Assembly (NCBI RefSeq): GCF_963921235.1
Contig: NC_086097.1
Coordinates: 28,646,001-28,710,000, forward strand
DNA length: 64,000 nt
Source: Mobula hypostoma
Taxonomy: Eukaryota
Direction of reading: 5' to 3'
How positions within the stretch are numbered: position 1 is the stretch's first letter; every line of letters starts with the position of its first letter. A program made the translations under genes and the position numbers. This document shows positions 1 through 11,575 of the stretch, piece after piece. The notes under the pieces were generated by a model that worked only from the letters and a program-made list of their open reading frames with translations, had not been told where the DNA came from and ran no database searches.

Positions 1-764
1 ACCACCAGGGACTGCCTCCTTATACCCAAGTGAGGATTACCCCAATCCTCATTCCTCCATACCTTAGCCAGAAGCCCACTCGTATTCCGCCCCAATGTCT
101 TATTGCCTACAACTTAACGCTGTACCTGTGTGTTTAAAGCACTCTCCCTCACTGTATTCTCTTCCAGCCCTCAATTCCTCACCAACTCTGGCTTTAGGAG
201 GCATGAGAAAGCACAGATACTAGAACTTAGAGCAAAATGCCAGAGGAACTCAGCGAGTCAGTGTGGAGGAAAACAAAGAGTTGACATTTTGGGTTGAGAC
301 TCTTTACCTGGACTGAAAGATGGAAAGGAGAGTAATTGGGCAGTGCAGGTTCACTGGGCTCGAAGTCTCAGTTACTGTGCTGTATCTCTAACTAAATAAG
401 TTAGTTTAGCCAGTGTAAAAAGGCGGAGGGAAGGGGTCTGTACACTGCTCTGTGATGCTGGGCTGGCGGTGGGAGATAGACCCAGGTGGTTTTCTCCATA
501 GACACTCCCTGGCCTGTGGGGTTTTTCCAGCATCTCGTATGTTTTCACCAGGCAGACCCCTTCTCTTACTAACACTTCCACCGCATCACAGACTGCCATC
601 TCCTTAGTCATCTCTGGAATGGGCAGATGGTCTGAGGAAAGATTGGACAGGCAAGGCTTGTGTCTCCTGAACTTTAGAGGGGTGGCAGGGGATGTGACTG
701 AAACTCAAGATCTCGAGTGGCCTCTGTACGGTGGAGAGCAGGATAATGAGGGCAGATGATATGG

Positions 765-1090
765 AGGTATGCAAAATTATGACGGGTAAAACTAAGGTAA
801 ATGCAGGCAGCCTTTTTCCCCTCAGGTTGGGTGAGAGGCAGGTTTAGGGTGAAAGGTGAAACATTTAAGGGGAATCTGAGGGGGAACTTCACTCAGAGGG
901 TGGTGACAGTGTGGAATGCGCAGCCAATGGAAGTGGTAGATGCAGGTTTGATTTCAGCACTTGAGAAATTTTAATGGGTACATGGATGGATTAGAGAGGG
1001 ATGGAGGGCTCTGGTCTGGGTGCAGGTTGATAGGACTAGGTAGAACTAGATGGGTTGAAAGGCCTGTTTCTGTGCCGTTGTACACTATTA
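765..1090 (+). mobile_element. CR1 3' fragment
   Basis: Homologous to 55490-55845 (fpLR...KVKGETFKGNLRGNF). Similar + strand pieces at 2078-2458, 10206-10455, 12915-13240, 16870-17252, 32297-32690, 44913-45150 and 59030-59650. Confidence 0.8.
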
Positions 1091-1399
1091 TTCCAAGGTA
1101 TTTCTTTTGTGAGGGAACATGTGGAGAACCTGTTTAAAAGGAAACAGCCTAGTAAGCAGGTGAGATGATTTTTTTCCCTATCAAGAGCGTTGGGATTCTT
1201 TGTCAAAGAACAGTGGAAGGGGGTCTCTGAATGTTTGGAAGGGAGAGGGATACTTGGTAGGCAAGGGAATAAGAGGTTATCTGAATGAAGTAGCAGAGTT
1301 GAGGCTACTATTAGATCAGCCAAGATCTTGTTAAATGAACTGATAAGCTCAAAAGGCACTCTCATGCAGTATGAAATTTAAACCCAATTTAACACTGAT

Positions 1400-1778
1400 G
1401 GGGTGATGGAGGCGGGGTAGAGATATGGCTCTACCAAAGGAAGTGTAAAGTGTTCCTTCCCTCGCTGTCCTGCAAGTCACCCTTCAACGAGGTGTAGCAC
1501 CCACTTAGCCCTCTGATCAGGGTCATGTGAAGTCATGGGAGCAGATGGTGGATGGTCGTATGAGCAGCTGGTGCCCATCACACGTCCTGGTTATGCAACC
1601 ACTGACACCAGGCAGCCAATCTCTGAAGACTATTGATAATGGCTGGGGTCATCCATCTTGTAAAGGGACTGCCCAGAAGAAGCACTGACAAACCAGTTCT
1701 GTAGCAAATTTGCCAAGAACAATCAAGGTCATGGAAAGACCATGATCGCCCACGTCATACGACACGACGCATAATGAA
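1400..1778 (+). mobile_element. SINE-like element with possible RTE-type 3' tail
   Basis: Ends catgatcgcccacgtcatacgacacgacgcataatgaa, which resembles RTE-related 3' ends from memory. Single copy in the window. Confidence 0.4.
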
Positions 1779-1811
1779 TAAACAGACATCGAAACATAGT
1801 GAAATGCATTT

Positions 1812-2012
1812 AACATACACAAAATGCTGGAGGAACTCAGCAGGCCAGGTAGCATCTGTGGAAAAGAGTTCAGTCGAGGTCTTTGGCCAAGGCTCTCCAT
1901 CAGGACTCACTGGGTGGGTCCTGATGAAGGGTCTCAGTCCAAATAGTCGACTGAACTCTTTTCCATAGATGCTACCTGGCCTGTTGAGTTCCTCCAGCAT
2001 TTTGTGTGTGTT
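1812..2012. repeat. Foldback element of two inverted Penelope pseudo-LTR arms
   Basis: Inverted arms aacatacacaaaatgctggaggaactcagcaggccaggtagcatc...cagtcga and tcgactg...gatgctacctggcctgttgagttcctccagcattttgtgtgtgtt, with hammerhead remnants at the centre. Confidence 0.85.
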
Positions 2013-2921
2013 GCTTATAAACAAATAAATTCTCCTTGGGCTTCAAGCCGATTACAGATATCAATTATAACCAATTACTGAGAAGAAATTTGATAGAGGT
2101 ATACAAAATTGTGAGGGGTATAGATAGAGTAGATGCAAGCAGGCTTTTTTCACTGAGGTTGGGTGGGACTACAACCAGAGGTCATGGCTTGAGGCCAAAA
2201 GGTAAACATTTAGGGTGAACATGAGGGGAAAGTTCTTTACTCTGGGGATTCTGAGGGTGTGGAATGAGCTGCCAGCCCAGGTGGTCCATCTGAGCTTGAT
2301 TTCAATGCTTAAGAGAAGTTTGAATAGGTACATGGATGGTAGGGATATGGAGGGCTAGGGTCCAGGTGTAGGTCATTGGGAGGAGGCATTTAAGTTGTTT
2401 CAGCATGGACTAGATGGGCCAAAGGGCCTGTTTCTGTGCTGGTCTTTTCTATGACTCGTAAGTACTGGTAGTGAGGCCTGACCCTTTCAGTGGTCTGAGT
2501 TCACTGGAGGCCGGTGGCTGGAGGTGATGCTCTGCTTGGGGGGTAGAAGACTCTGCATGTGTTGGAGGGTTGGAGGTGGAAAATGGCACTTGTTTTTGCT
2601 GTTGCCGTTTTGTTGCTTGCTGTGTCCTGTGTTGTTCTGCCGAGCATTGCGGGCAGGCTATATTGGTGCTGGAATATGTGGCGACACTTGTGGGCTGCCC
2701 CCAGCACATCCGTAGGTGCGTTGGTTGTTAACACAAACGACGCATTTCACTGTACATTTCGATGGGTCTGTTGATCTGGGGATCTCGAAGCAGGAGACCA
2801 CACAGGCTCATTACAGATTCAAAACCTGATGAAACCATTGCCTGATACGTTCCTCGATTTTGTTACAATGTTGTGTACACCTGAAAACCTAAACGTGCAC
2901 AATTCCACAAACATACGCACA

Positions 2922-3275
2922 TACGAGGGATGATTGATAAGTTCATGGCCTAAGGTAGAAGGAGTCAATTTTAGAAAACCTAGCACACTTATTTTTCAAC
3001 ATAGTCCCCTCTTACATTTACACACTAAGTCCAGCGGTCATGGTGGTCCACAGCAGGGGTGATTGATAAGTTCGTGACCTAAGGTAGAAGGAGATGAGTT
3101 ATACAGGTCTTGTTACATGCACATGCAGTTCAACTCTGAGTGATTGTGCAGAAAGTTTGAAGTTAATAACTCATCTCCTTCTACCTTAGGCCACAAACGT
3201 ATCAATCACCCCTGATGAGTTATTAACTTCAAACTTTTTGCATAATCACTCAAAAGAGTTGAACCACCCCTCATA
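2922..3275 (-). mobile_element. Mariner-derived MITE with multiple TIR copies
   Basis: TA-flanked. TIR cgaggg.tgattgataagttc.tggcctaaggtagaagga at 2924 and 3056, inverted near 3175-3213, partial at 3265-3273. Homologous to 40269-40617. Confidence 0.8.
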
Positions 3276-3737
3276 ATTGGTTGCGTATTTGTGGATAAAA
3301 ACCCACTATAAATTTTAAAGAACGAAAAAAAATTAACGTTAATAGAAGCCGCTGATTATCTCTTTATCTATTTTATGACAATCTTACTCAGATATAGAGA
3401 TAAACTGGAGCTCATAGCCTGGAGGAGAAATACAACCAGCATAAAACTAAACCACATGACATCAACTTTACAAGCAGGGATGCGTTAAATGATGGTCCTG
3501 GGAATTAACCTGGCATTACTTTCCAATTTTTTAAAACCAGAAATTTGTTTAATTTCTTCAGTTTCCTTGATTTCTGGAGTTTGAAGCCTCATCAAGAAGT
3601 GAGCAGGGAGAGAGGAAGATTGATGCTCTTTAACCATCCAGTCAGCTGTGACAGTGATTCTAAAACAAAGTGTGCTGAATTTGTAAAGTTGTCAGCTGCC
3701 TTTAAAATACTTTGCACTAAAGTGGTGTTTCACTGGG

Positions 3738-4027
3738 AACCCTGCTCTTTGTGATATTTATAAACGACTTGGACGAGGAGCTGGAAGGGTGGGTTAGCAA
3801 ATTAGCAGATGACACAAGGGTTGGTGGAGAGGTGGATAGTGTAGATGGTTGTCTAGGTTACAACAGGACAATGACAGGATGCAGAGCTGAGAAGTTCAAT
3901 CTGGAAAAATGTGAAGTGATTCGCTTTGGAAGGTTGAATTTAAAGGCAGAATACAGGGTTAATCGCAGGATTAGCTGCGTGGGGGAACAGAGGGATATTG
4001 GGGTCCATGTCCATAGATCTCTCAAAG
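3738..4027 (+). mobile_element. CR1 RT internal fragment
   Basis: FVIFINDLDEELEGWVSKLADDT...FNLEKCEVIRFG. Confidence 0.8.
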
Positions 4028-4914
4028 AGAGAGATTGGTTTATTATCATCGAATGTTCAGTGTACAGTGAAAAACTTCACACCATCTGTACAGATCAATT
4101 CATTACACGGGAGCGCTGAGCTGGTCCAAGAGAAAAGCAATAGCAGAATGCAGAGGAAGTACAGTCCAAGCAGACAATAAGATGCAATTTCATAACGAAG
4201 TAGACTGTGAGGCCATGAGTGGTATCTTCCACCTGATGGGAGGGATAGAGGAGAGAACATCCCGAGTGGGTAGGGTTTCCTTCCATAATCAGAAGGCATG
4301 CAGATTGGTGGGATGTGAACGCCAAGGTCCCTCTGTTCCTCCATACTACTAAGAATCCTGCCTTCCGCCTTCAAATTCGACCTTCCAAAGTGGCTGAAGA
4401 GGATATCATACTCATCAATCATTTGACCTAGTGGTGAGTGTGACCTACTGAATCACAGAAGACAACAAACAGGTGTTAACATATAGGAGCAGAATTTTGA
4501 CATTTGGCCCATTCCATCATGGCTGATTTATCAACTCTCAGTCCCATTCTCCTTCCTTCGACCAGTGAATGAATACTTCTTTGCAAATCTATTTAGAGCT
4601 GCCTAGCCTGCTGCGTTCACCAGCAACTTTTATGTGTGTTGCTTCAATTAAAATTTAGCTTTATTTGTCACACGTACATCAAAGCATCAAAACATAAAGC
4701 GAAATGTGTTATTGAGTCAAGCACCAGCACAGTCCGAGAATATGCTGGAGGTGCCACACTTACAGCGCCAACAGAGCATGTTCACAAGTTTGTGACCCTA
4801 ATCAGTACATCTTTGAGGAAACCGGAGCACCCAGAGGAAACTCACACGGTCACAGGGAGAACATACAAATTCCTTACAGACAGCAGAACTTCAATAAGCT
4901 GCTTCATTCTTGCA

Positions 4915-5415
4915 AATGACATATCCAAACTTCTCTTAAATGTTGCAGTCAAACTCGCATCCACCACTTCTACTGGCTGCTCGTTCCACACTCTCACCAC
5001 CATCAGAGTGAAGAAGTTTCCCCTCAGGTTCCCCTTAAATATTTCAATTTTCACCTTTAACATATGACCTCTAGTTCTTGTCTCAACCAACCCCAGTAGA
5101 AAACGCTTGCTTGCATTTACCATACCTATATACCACGTAAATTTGTATACCTCTATCTATCAAATTTCCCCTCATTCTCCTTCGGTCCAAGGAATAAAGT
5201 CCCAACCTATTCAACCTTTCTGATAAATTAGGTCCTCTAGACCCGGCAACATCCTTGTAAATTTTCTCTGTACACTGTCAATGTTATTGATATCTTTTCT
5301 GAAGGTAGGAGACCAGAAATGCACACGATTATCCAAATTTGGCCCCACCAATGTCTTCTATAACTTCAACATAACATCTCAATTGCTGTACTTAATACTC
5401 TGATTTAAGAAGATG
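4915..5415 (-). mobile_element. CR1 3' fragment
   Basis: TRGHMLKVKIEIFKGNLRGNFFTLMVVRVWN on the minus strand. Confidence 0.8.
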
Positions 5416-6119
5416 AATCAGGATGAAGATCATTTGAGGATAATTTATTGAAAATTAATCAAAGTATTTAAGAACAGATTTATACCTTCAAGGAAACAAG
5501 GGAAGTATAAAGCAGGATTATGTGTTGAGCAGTTATACACAACTAAGACTCTCAATATGTAGATTAAGCTGGTGTTCATTAGATTACAATCAAACTTTAA
5601 GATAAACCAATTAAATAAAACTAAGCAACAAACCCTGGGGAATACATTTTCTAACCTAATTAAAATAGGCCATTATAGAGAGCAGAGTTCAAATGCCCAA
5701 GATAATTGCATTGTAAGATAATCACGTTTCTTCACAAGGGTTAGAGGAAATCACTTTACCTTCCAGACAACAGGTCACGCAGCACAAAAGGCTTTTAATG
5801 CCACTGATTTCATTTAAAGCAGAGATAAATTCGCAGATATTAAGAAACTAGGGGATAATTCAGGCAGCTGGTGTTTGTAGCAGGTTAGTTGTGTGTATTC
5901 TCGTTCAATGGCAGAGCAAGCTACTACGGGAGGCACTGCCTGAGGGTGGCAACATTCACAAATCCCACAATTCAGCCCATGCCAGATTCTCACAGCTACC
6001 GTCATGTAGGAGGCACAGAAGCCTGGGGTCCTACACCACTAGGTTCAAGAACACCTCCTTTCCTTCAAAAATTCAGCTCTTGAACCAACTGACGTAACCC
6101 CAATCACTACTTCAGAAAG

Positions 6120-7525
6120 ACTAGCTTCATTTTGTCACATGTACGTCAAAACACACAGTGAAAATGGGTTGCTTGTATCAACAGCCAACACAGTCTGAGG
6201 ATGCGCCAGGGCACCCGCACATGTAGCCATGCTTCTGGCACCAACATAGCACGCCAAAACTTACTTTTTAAATCTTTTTATTAATTTTCAAAATTATAAA
6301 CTCAACAACAAAGTTGGTACAAAGAGATTGGAATAATCTTAATCAGCATATACAAAATAGATTTTAAGTAACATAGATATAAAAGACTTCCAAACTCATA
6401 ATGAAATTAGTCATTAAAAAAAGAAATAAAAAGAAAAAAAATATAAACAAAAAAAAATTCCTGAAAGAAAAAGAGAAAAAACCCCAAAAAAAGAACAAAA
6501 CAGGGCTAGACCAATATCTTGTATCAGACACGTTCAGTAATGTCGTTAACTCCGCTCCTCTAATCATATAATTTAAGTTAAAAAAAAGATTCAGAAAGGT
6601 CAGATTACAACATATGAAAATGTTGCATAAAAGGTTTCCAAGTTTCTTCAAATTTAACCGAAGGGTCAAAAATATCACTTCTAATTTTTAACTTAATATA
6701 GTTTGAGAAAACCATTGGAATGTAGTTGGAGGATTGATTTCCTTCCAGTTCAACAAAATAGACCTTCTCACCATTAAAGTAACAAATGCTATCATCCGAC
6801 AGGCTAAAGAAGACAAAGATCTATGTTCTACCATTGGCAACCCAAAAATTGCCGTAATAGGATGGGGTTTTAAATTGAAGCATAGAACTGTTGAAATAAT
6901 ATCAAAAATATTTTTCCAATATTTTTCCAAAAGAGGACAAGACCAAAACATATGAGTTAAAGAAGCCACTTCAGAGTGACATCTATCACAAGTAGGATTT
7001 ATAGAGGAATAAAAACGAGCTAATTTATCTTTGGACATATGGGCTCCGTGTACTACCTTAAATTGTATTAATGTATGTTTAGCACATATAGAAGAAGCAC
7101 TAACTAATTGAAATTTTTTTTCCCATTTCTCTATAGGTAAACAAAGTTGAAGTTCCCTTTCCCACTCATTTTTAATTTTATCAGATATACCTGGCTGTAA
7201 TTTCATAATTATATCATAAATAATTGCTATTAATCCCTTCTAAACCTAAAATTTTATCAATAATGCCAGCAGGATTTGAAGTCGGAAAGGTAGGCAACGT
7301 AGTACTTAAAAAATTTCTTATTTGTAAGTATCTAAAAAAAATGGGATCTAGGCAAATCAAATTTCTCAGATAAATGCCAAAACTTACTAGCCCTAACATC
7401 TTTGGAATGTGGGAAGAAACCACAGCACCCAGAGGAAGCCCTGGTGGTCACGGAGAGAACAGGCAAAGTCTGGAGGGGATTGTAGTCAGATTGCTGGCAC
7501 TGTAAAGTGATGCACTACCATACCT
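6120..7525 (-). mobile_element. V-SINE copy split by the L1 insertion
   Basis: Halves 6120-6265 and 7376-7525 rejoin across the TSD into one minus-strand V-SINE. Confidence 0.7.
6266..7375 (-). mobile_element. L1-clade LINE 3' end, 5'-truncated, with 13-bp TSD
   Basis: ORF 6688-7206 has IQFKVVH...CDRC...HMFWSC (C-terminal CCHC zinc knuckle), followed by an AT-rich 3' UTR, AATAAA and an A-rich tail. TSD gccaaaacttact at 6253-6265 and 7376-7388. Confidence 0.88.
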
Positions 7526-8490
7526 CAACAACATTGCACGCTGGTTTCTCAGTCTTTACCTGTAGGTTTTTTCCCAATAAATTCTACAGTAGTTCTTCAT
7601 TTTCCTTCATATGACAGAAGAAGATGAATTTCAAGGTAAGATACGGATAATAAATTTCCTTTGGGACTTTACTTTCTCTGACAGCTCATTCCACTCTTTT
7701 CTGTGGTAAAGACTCAGTCTGCATACAGGTTTCATCAGCCTGGGCTCTGGGAACCAAATCCACCTCAGGTCAGATCCAAGTTCAAAGCGGGTAGTGCTGG
7801 CTTGGAGTGGACCAGTGTGTGAAGTTCAAGTTTATTTACATGATTCTGAAACCCATGTTGCACAGTGCTGAGCGATTGTTGAGTCAGATAAGATTGTCGT
7901 ATCTCCTTACCTGGCTTGCTGCTGAACTGGTTTGGTAGCACTTCAGTGAAACCGAATGGGATGTTTTGCAGCATCAATAGCTCAAGGTGCGTTTGAAGAA
8001 CAAAATCAGCAGTGTGATCTGGGCAGCAGTTACTGTCTTTCACTGTTGTGCTTCAATGACTTAAAGTTGGTCTATAGTGACCAGAACCCAATTTACTAAT
8101 AATAGGCCATTGTTTTCCGCAGATGCTGGAAGTCCAGAATAACAAACACAAAATGCTCAGACAGACTCTATGGAGGGGAATAAACAGTCAACGTTTTGGG
8201 CCAAAACCTTTCATCAGGAGTGGAAAGGAAGAGGGAAGATGCCAGAATGAGAGGGTGGGGGAAAGGGGAAGTAGTACAAGCTCGCAGGTGATAGGTGAGA
8301 CCAAGTGATGGGGAAGGCAGGTAGGTGTCGTCTAAAACGTTGATAAACTTTGATAGATGCATAGTGGAGAGTATTCTGACTGGGTATTAAAAACACCAAT
8401 GTCCACGAACAGAAAAGCCTACAAAAAGTGGTGGATACAGCCCTGTACATCACAGATGAAGAAAGCCCTCCCAACCACTGAGCACATCTA

Positions 8491-9345
8491 CAGACATCCC
8501 ACCTTGCACAAACTCATTTCAGGGAGGTAGCACCATCAATTTGCGGGAGACTCCCGGAACTTCCGGGAGAGGTGGGATGTCTGCAATAGAGTAGCTCCTT
8601 AGCAGCTGGCCAGCTAGTTTAAATAACGTTAGCTATGCCAATGAACGAATGACACCTGTTAAAGTGTCAAGAGTGGATAGCCAGTGCCTCTTCCCCAGGG
8701 CACCACTGCTCAATACAAGAGGACATGGCTTTAAGGTAAGGGGTGGGAAGTTCAAGGGGGATATTAGAGGAAGGTTTTTTACTCAGAGAGTGGTTGGTGC
8801 GTGGAATGCACTGCCTGAGTCAATGGTGGAGGCAGATACACTAGTGAAGTTTAAGAGACTACTAGACAGGTATATGGAGGAATCTAAGGTGGGGGCTTAT
8901 ATGGGAGGCAGGGTTTGAGGGTCGGCACAACATTGTGGGCCGAAGGGCTTGTACTGTGCTGTACTATTCTATATTCTAAACTCACCTCAACATGTCTTTT
9001 ACAGTCTTAACTCACCATGAAAAGTCACTGTTGCAAACAGTGCGGTGAGCAACACTGTCATTATTTTTGACCCCTGTTAGGCAGGGGTACATTTTAGTGT
9101 AGTCTGGGGTGACGTACGTTTTATATTGTCTTTTCTTGGAACACTCTGCCATGGCGCGCACTCGCTCGCTCTCTCTCTCTCTCTCTCTCACTTGCTTTCT
9201 CTCTCTCTCTCTCGCGCTCACGTGGTCACTCTCGCGCTCTCTCTTGCTTTCTCTCGCTTGCTCGTTCTCAAAAAAATTGATTTCCGGGACATTGTATATA
9301 ATTTGCGGGAGACTCCCGGAACTTCCGGGAGAGGTGGGATGTCTG
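8491..9345. mobile_element. Non-autonomous TIR element (possibly hAT-like) inside a Rex fragment, containing a CR1 3' end (8664-8977)
   Basis: 14-bp TIR cagacatcccacct / aggtgggatgtctg. A 46-bp end is duplicated at 8538-8583 and 9300-9345. Flanks are catcta / aatcta. Confidence 0.7.
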
Positions 9346-9894
9346 AATCTACAAAAAGCACGCCCATCATCAAGGACACATACCATGCTGTCTCCTCACT
9401 GCAGTCATTAGGAAGGAAGTAAGGGAGACTTGGGTCCATCATTACCATGTTCCAGAACACTTATTACCCTTCAAAAACCAGGCTCCTGAACCAGCGTGGA
9501 TAACTTCACTCACCTCAAATATGAGATGATTGCACAACCTATGGACTCACTTTCAAGAACTGTACAACTCAGGTTCTCAATATTATTTACTTTGTATCTG
9601 CACCCTTTGTCTTTCTTTATACAGTTTTTGTCTGTTGTGTAGTTTTCCATTGATTCTAATCTTTTTTCTACTGTGAATGCCCGTAAGAAAATAAATCTCA
9701 AAATAGTATACGGTGACACATAGGTATTTTGATAATAAATTATCTTTGAACGTATTGGCCTGAAGCATTAACTCTTTATTCCTCTCCACAGATGCTGCCT
9801 GACCTGCTAGGTCGCTCCAGAATTCTGTGTGTGTTACCACTTTGTGGTTGCCTGGTTACAGATAGAGCAACAGCCTGGATATCATAGGTTTAGA

Positions 9895-10205
9895 GTGGCA
9901 TGGTATCATGGCGGTCAGCAAAATGCACAAGGGTCAGTTGTAAGGTCAGCGCTCAATTCCCACTGCCGTCTATAAGGAATTCTACATTCTCCCTGCGACT
10001 TGTGGGTTTCCTCCGGGTGCTCCGATTCCCTCCCACATCCCAAAGACAAATGGGGTGAGGGTCAGTGAGTTTGTGCATACAATGTTGGTGCCAGAAACGC
10101 GGCGATATTTGTGGGCTGTCCGCAGCACATCTGATGCAAACGAGCCATTACGCTGTGTGTTTCGATGCTTCAATGTGTATGTGACAAGTAAAGCTAATTT
10201 TTAAA
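9895..10205 (+). mobile_element. V-SINE (HE1/MER6-like) copy
   Basis: V-domain gggtttcctccgggtgctccgattccctcccacatcccaaagac. Other copies near 10455-10690, 11296-11575, 36812-37115 and 39710-39995 (+), and 4640-4885, 20545-20692 and 55850-56140 (-). Confidence 0.75.
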
Positions 10206-11295
10206 TTGAAAGGCGAAATATTTAAAGCAAATCTGAGGGGGGAGGTTCTTCACACAGAGGGTGTGCGAGTGTGGAACGAACTGCCAGTGGAAGTGCTGGA
10301 CACAGCTACAATTGTAACCTTTGTGAGAGGTTTGGATAGGTACATGGATGGGAGGGATTTGGAGGGATATGGCCCAATTTCAGGCAGATGTCCTGCCTAG
10401 TTCTATTGGGTTAGCATAGACTATATGGGCTGAAGGGCCTATTTCTCTGCTGTGGTGCACCATGCAAAGACCTGCATTCAATCTTGACCTTGGGCACTGT
10501 TTGCGTGGAGCTTGTATGCTCTTCCTGTGACTATGCTAGCTTTTTCCAGGTGCTCCAATTTCCTCTCACATCCCAGAGGTGGGCTAATTGGCCATTGTAA
10601 GTTGTCCCTCGGTGTAGATGAGTGATAGAATCAGGGAAATATTGATGAGAAGAACTTGTTTCCATACTGTATTGCTGTGTGACTATGATCTGACAAGTCT
10701 GAACCTGGTTGGTGCTTTGTACAAAGCATCATATAGTCCAATGGACCTCAAAATCTACCTCGTTGTGACCTTGCACCTGCACTGCACTTTCTCTGCAATT
10801 GTTACGCTTTGTTTTACATTTGGTTATTGTTTTCCTTTGTACTACCTCAATGCTCTGTATAATCAAATGATCAGTATGGACGGCATGCAAAGCAGATTTC
10901 ACTGCACCTCACTACATGTGACAATAATAAACAGATTTACTCACCAATCTACTGTCACTAGGATTTTACTCCAGATTGTGTAAAGTGGGAGGGTAAGCGA
11001 AGGTGAGGAAACAGATGTGGAATAGTCCAGAATGGGACAGGCCCTTTGGCCTATGATGTTGTGCCAACACAGTAGTTCGAACCCTCCCCTCCAACACAGC
11101 CCATAACCCTGCATTTTTCTTACATCCTATCTGAGAATTCCTATTGTATCAAGTCTCTTGACGTCATTATTGCACTGGAAAGATGTTAACATTCCCAGGA
11201 ACCTAACGAGTGTTGAACTCGCCAGCAGTGGGATTTGCAAAGATGACGACTGTGACATTGCGACTGCACAAACTAGTGACAAAGTGTGTATTCCC

Positions 11296-11575
11296 CAGCG
11301 GGTAGTGCAACGCTTCACAGTGCACGCTATAAAATCAGCATTCAGTTCCCGCCACTGTCTGTAACGAGTTTGCATAGAACCCCCTGACCGCATGGGTTCC
11401 CTCCGGGTGCTCCAGTTTCCTCCCACAGTCCAAAGAGGTACAGTTCGTGAGTTGTGAGCATGCTACACTGGTGCTGGAAGTGTGGCACGCTCACGAGCTG
11501 CCCCCAGCATAACCCCAGCTGATTGGTTTGGAAGCAAATGACGCATGTGACAAATAAAGCTAATCTAATCTAAAA
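11296..11575 (+). mobile_element. V-SINE copy
   Basis: gggttccctccgggtgctccagtttcctcccacagtccaaaga; tail gtgacaaataaagctaatctaatct. Confidence 0.75.
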
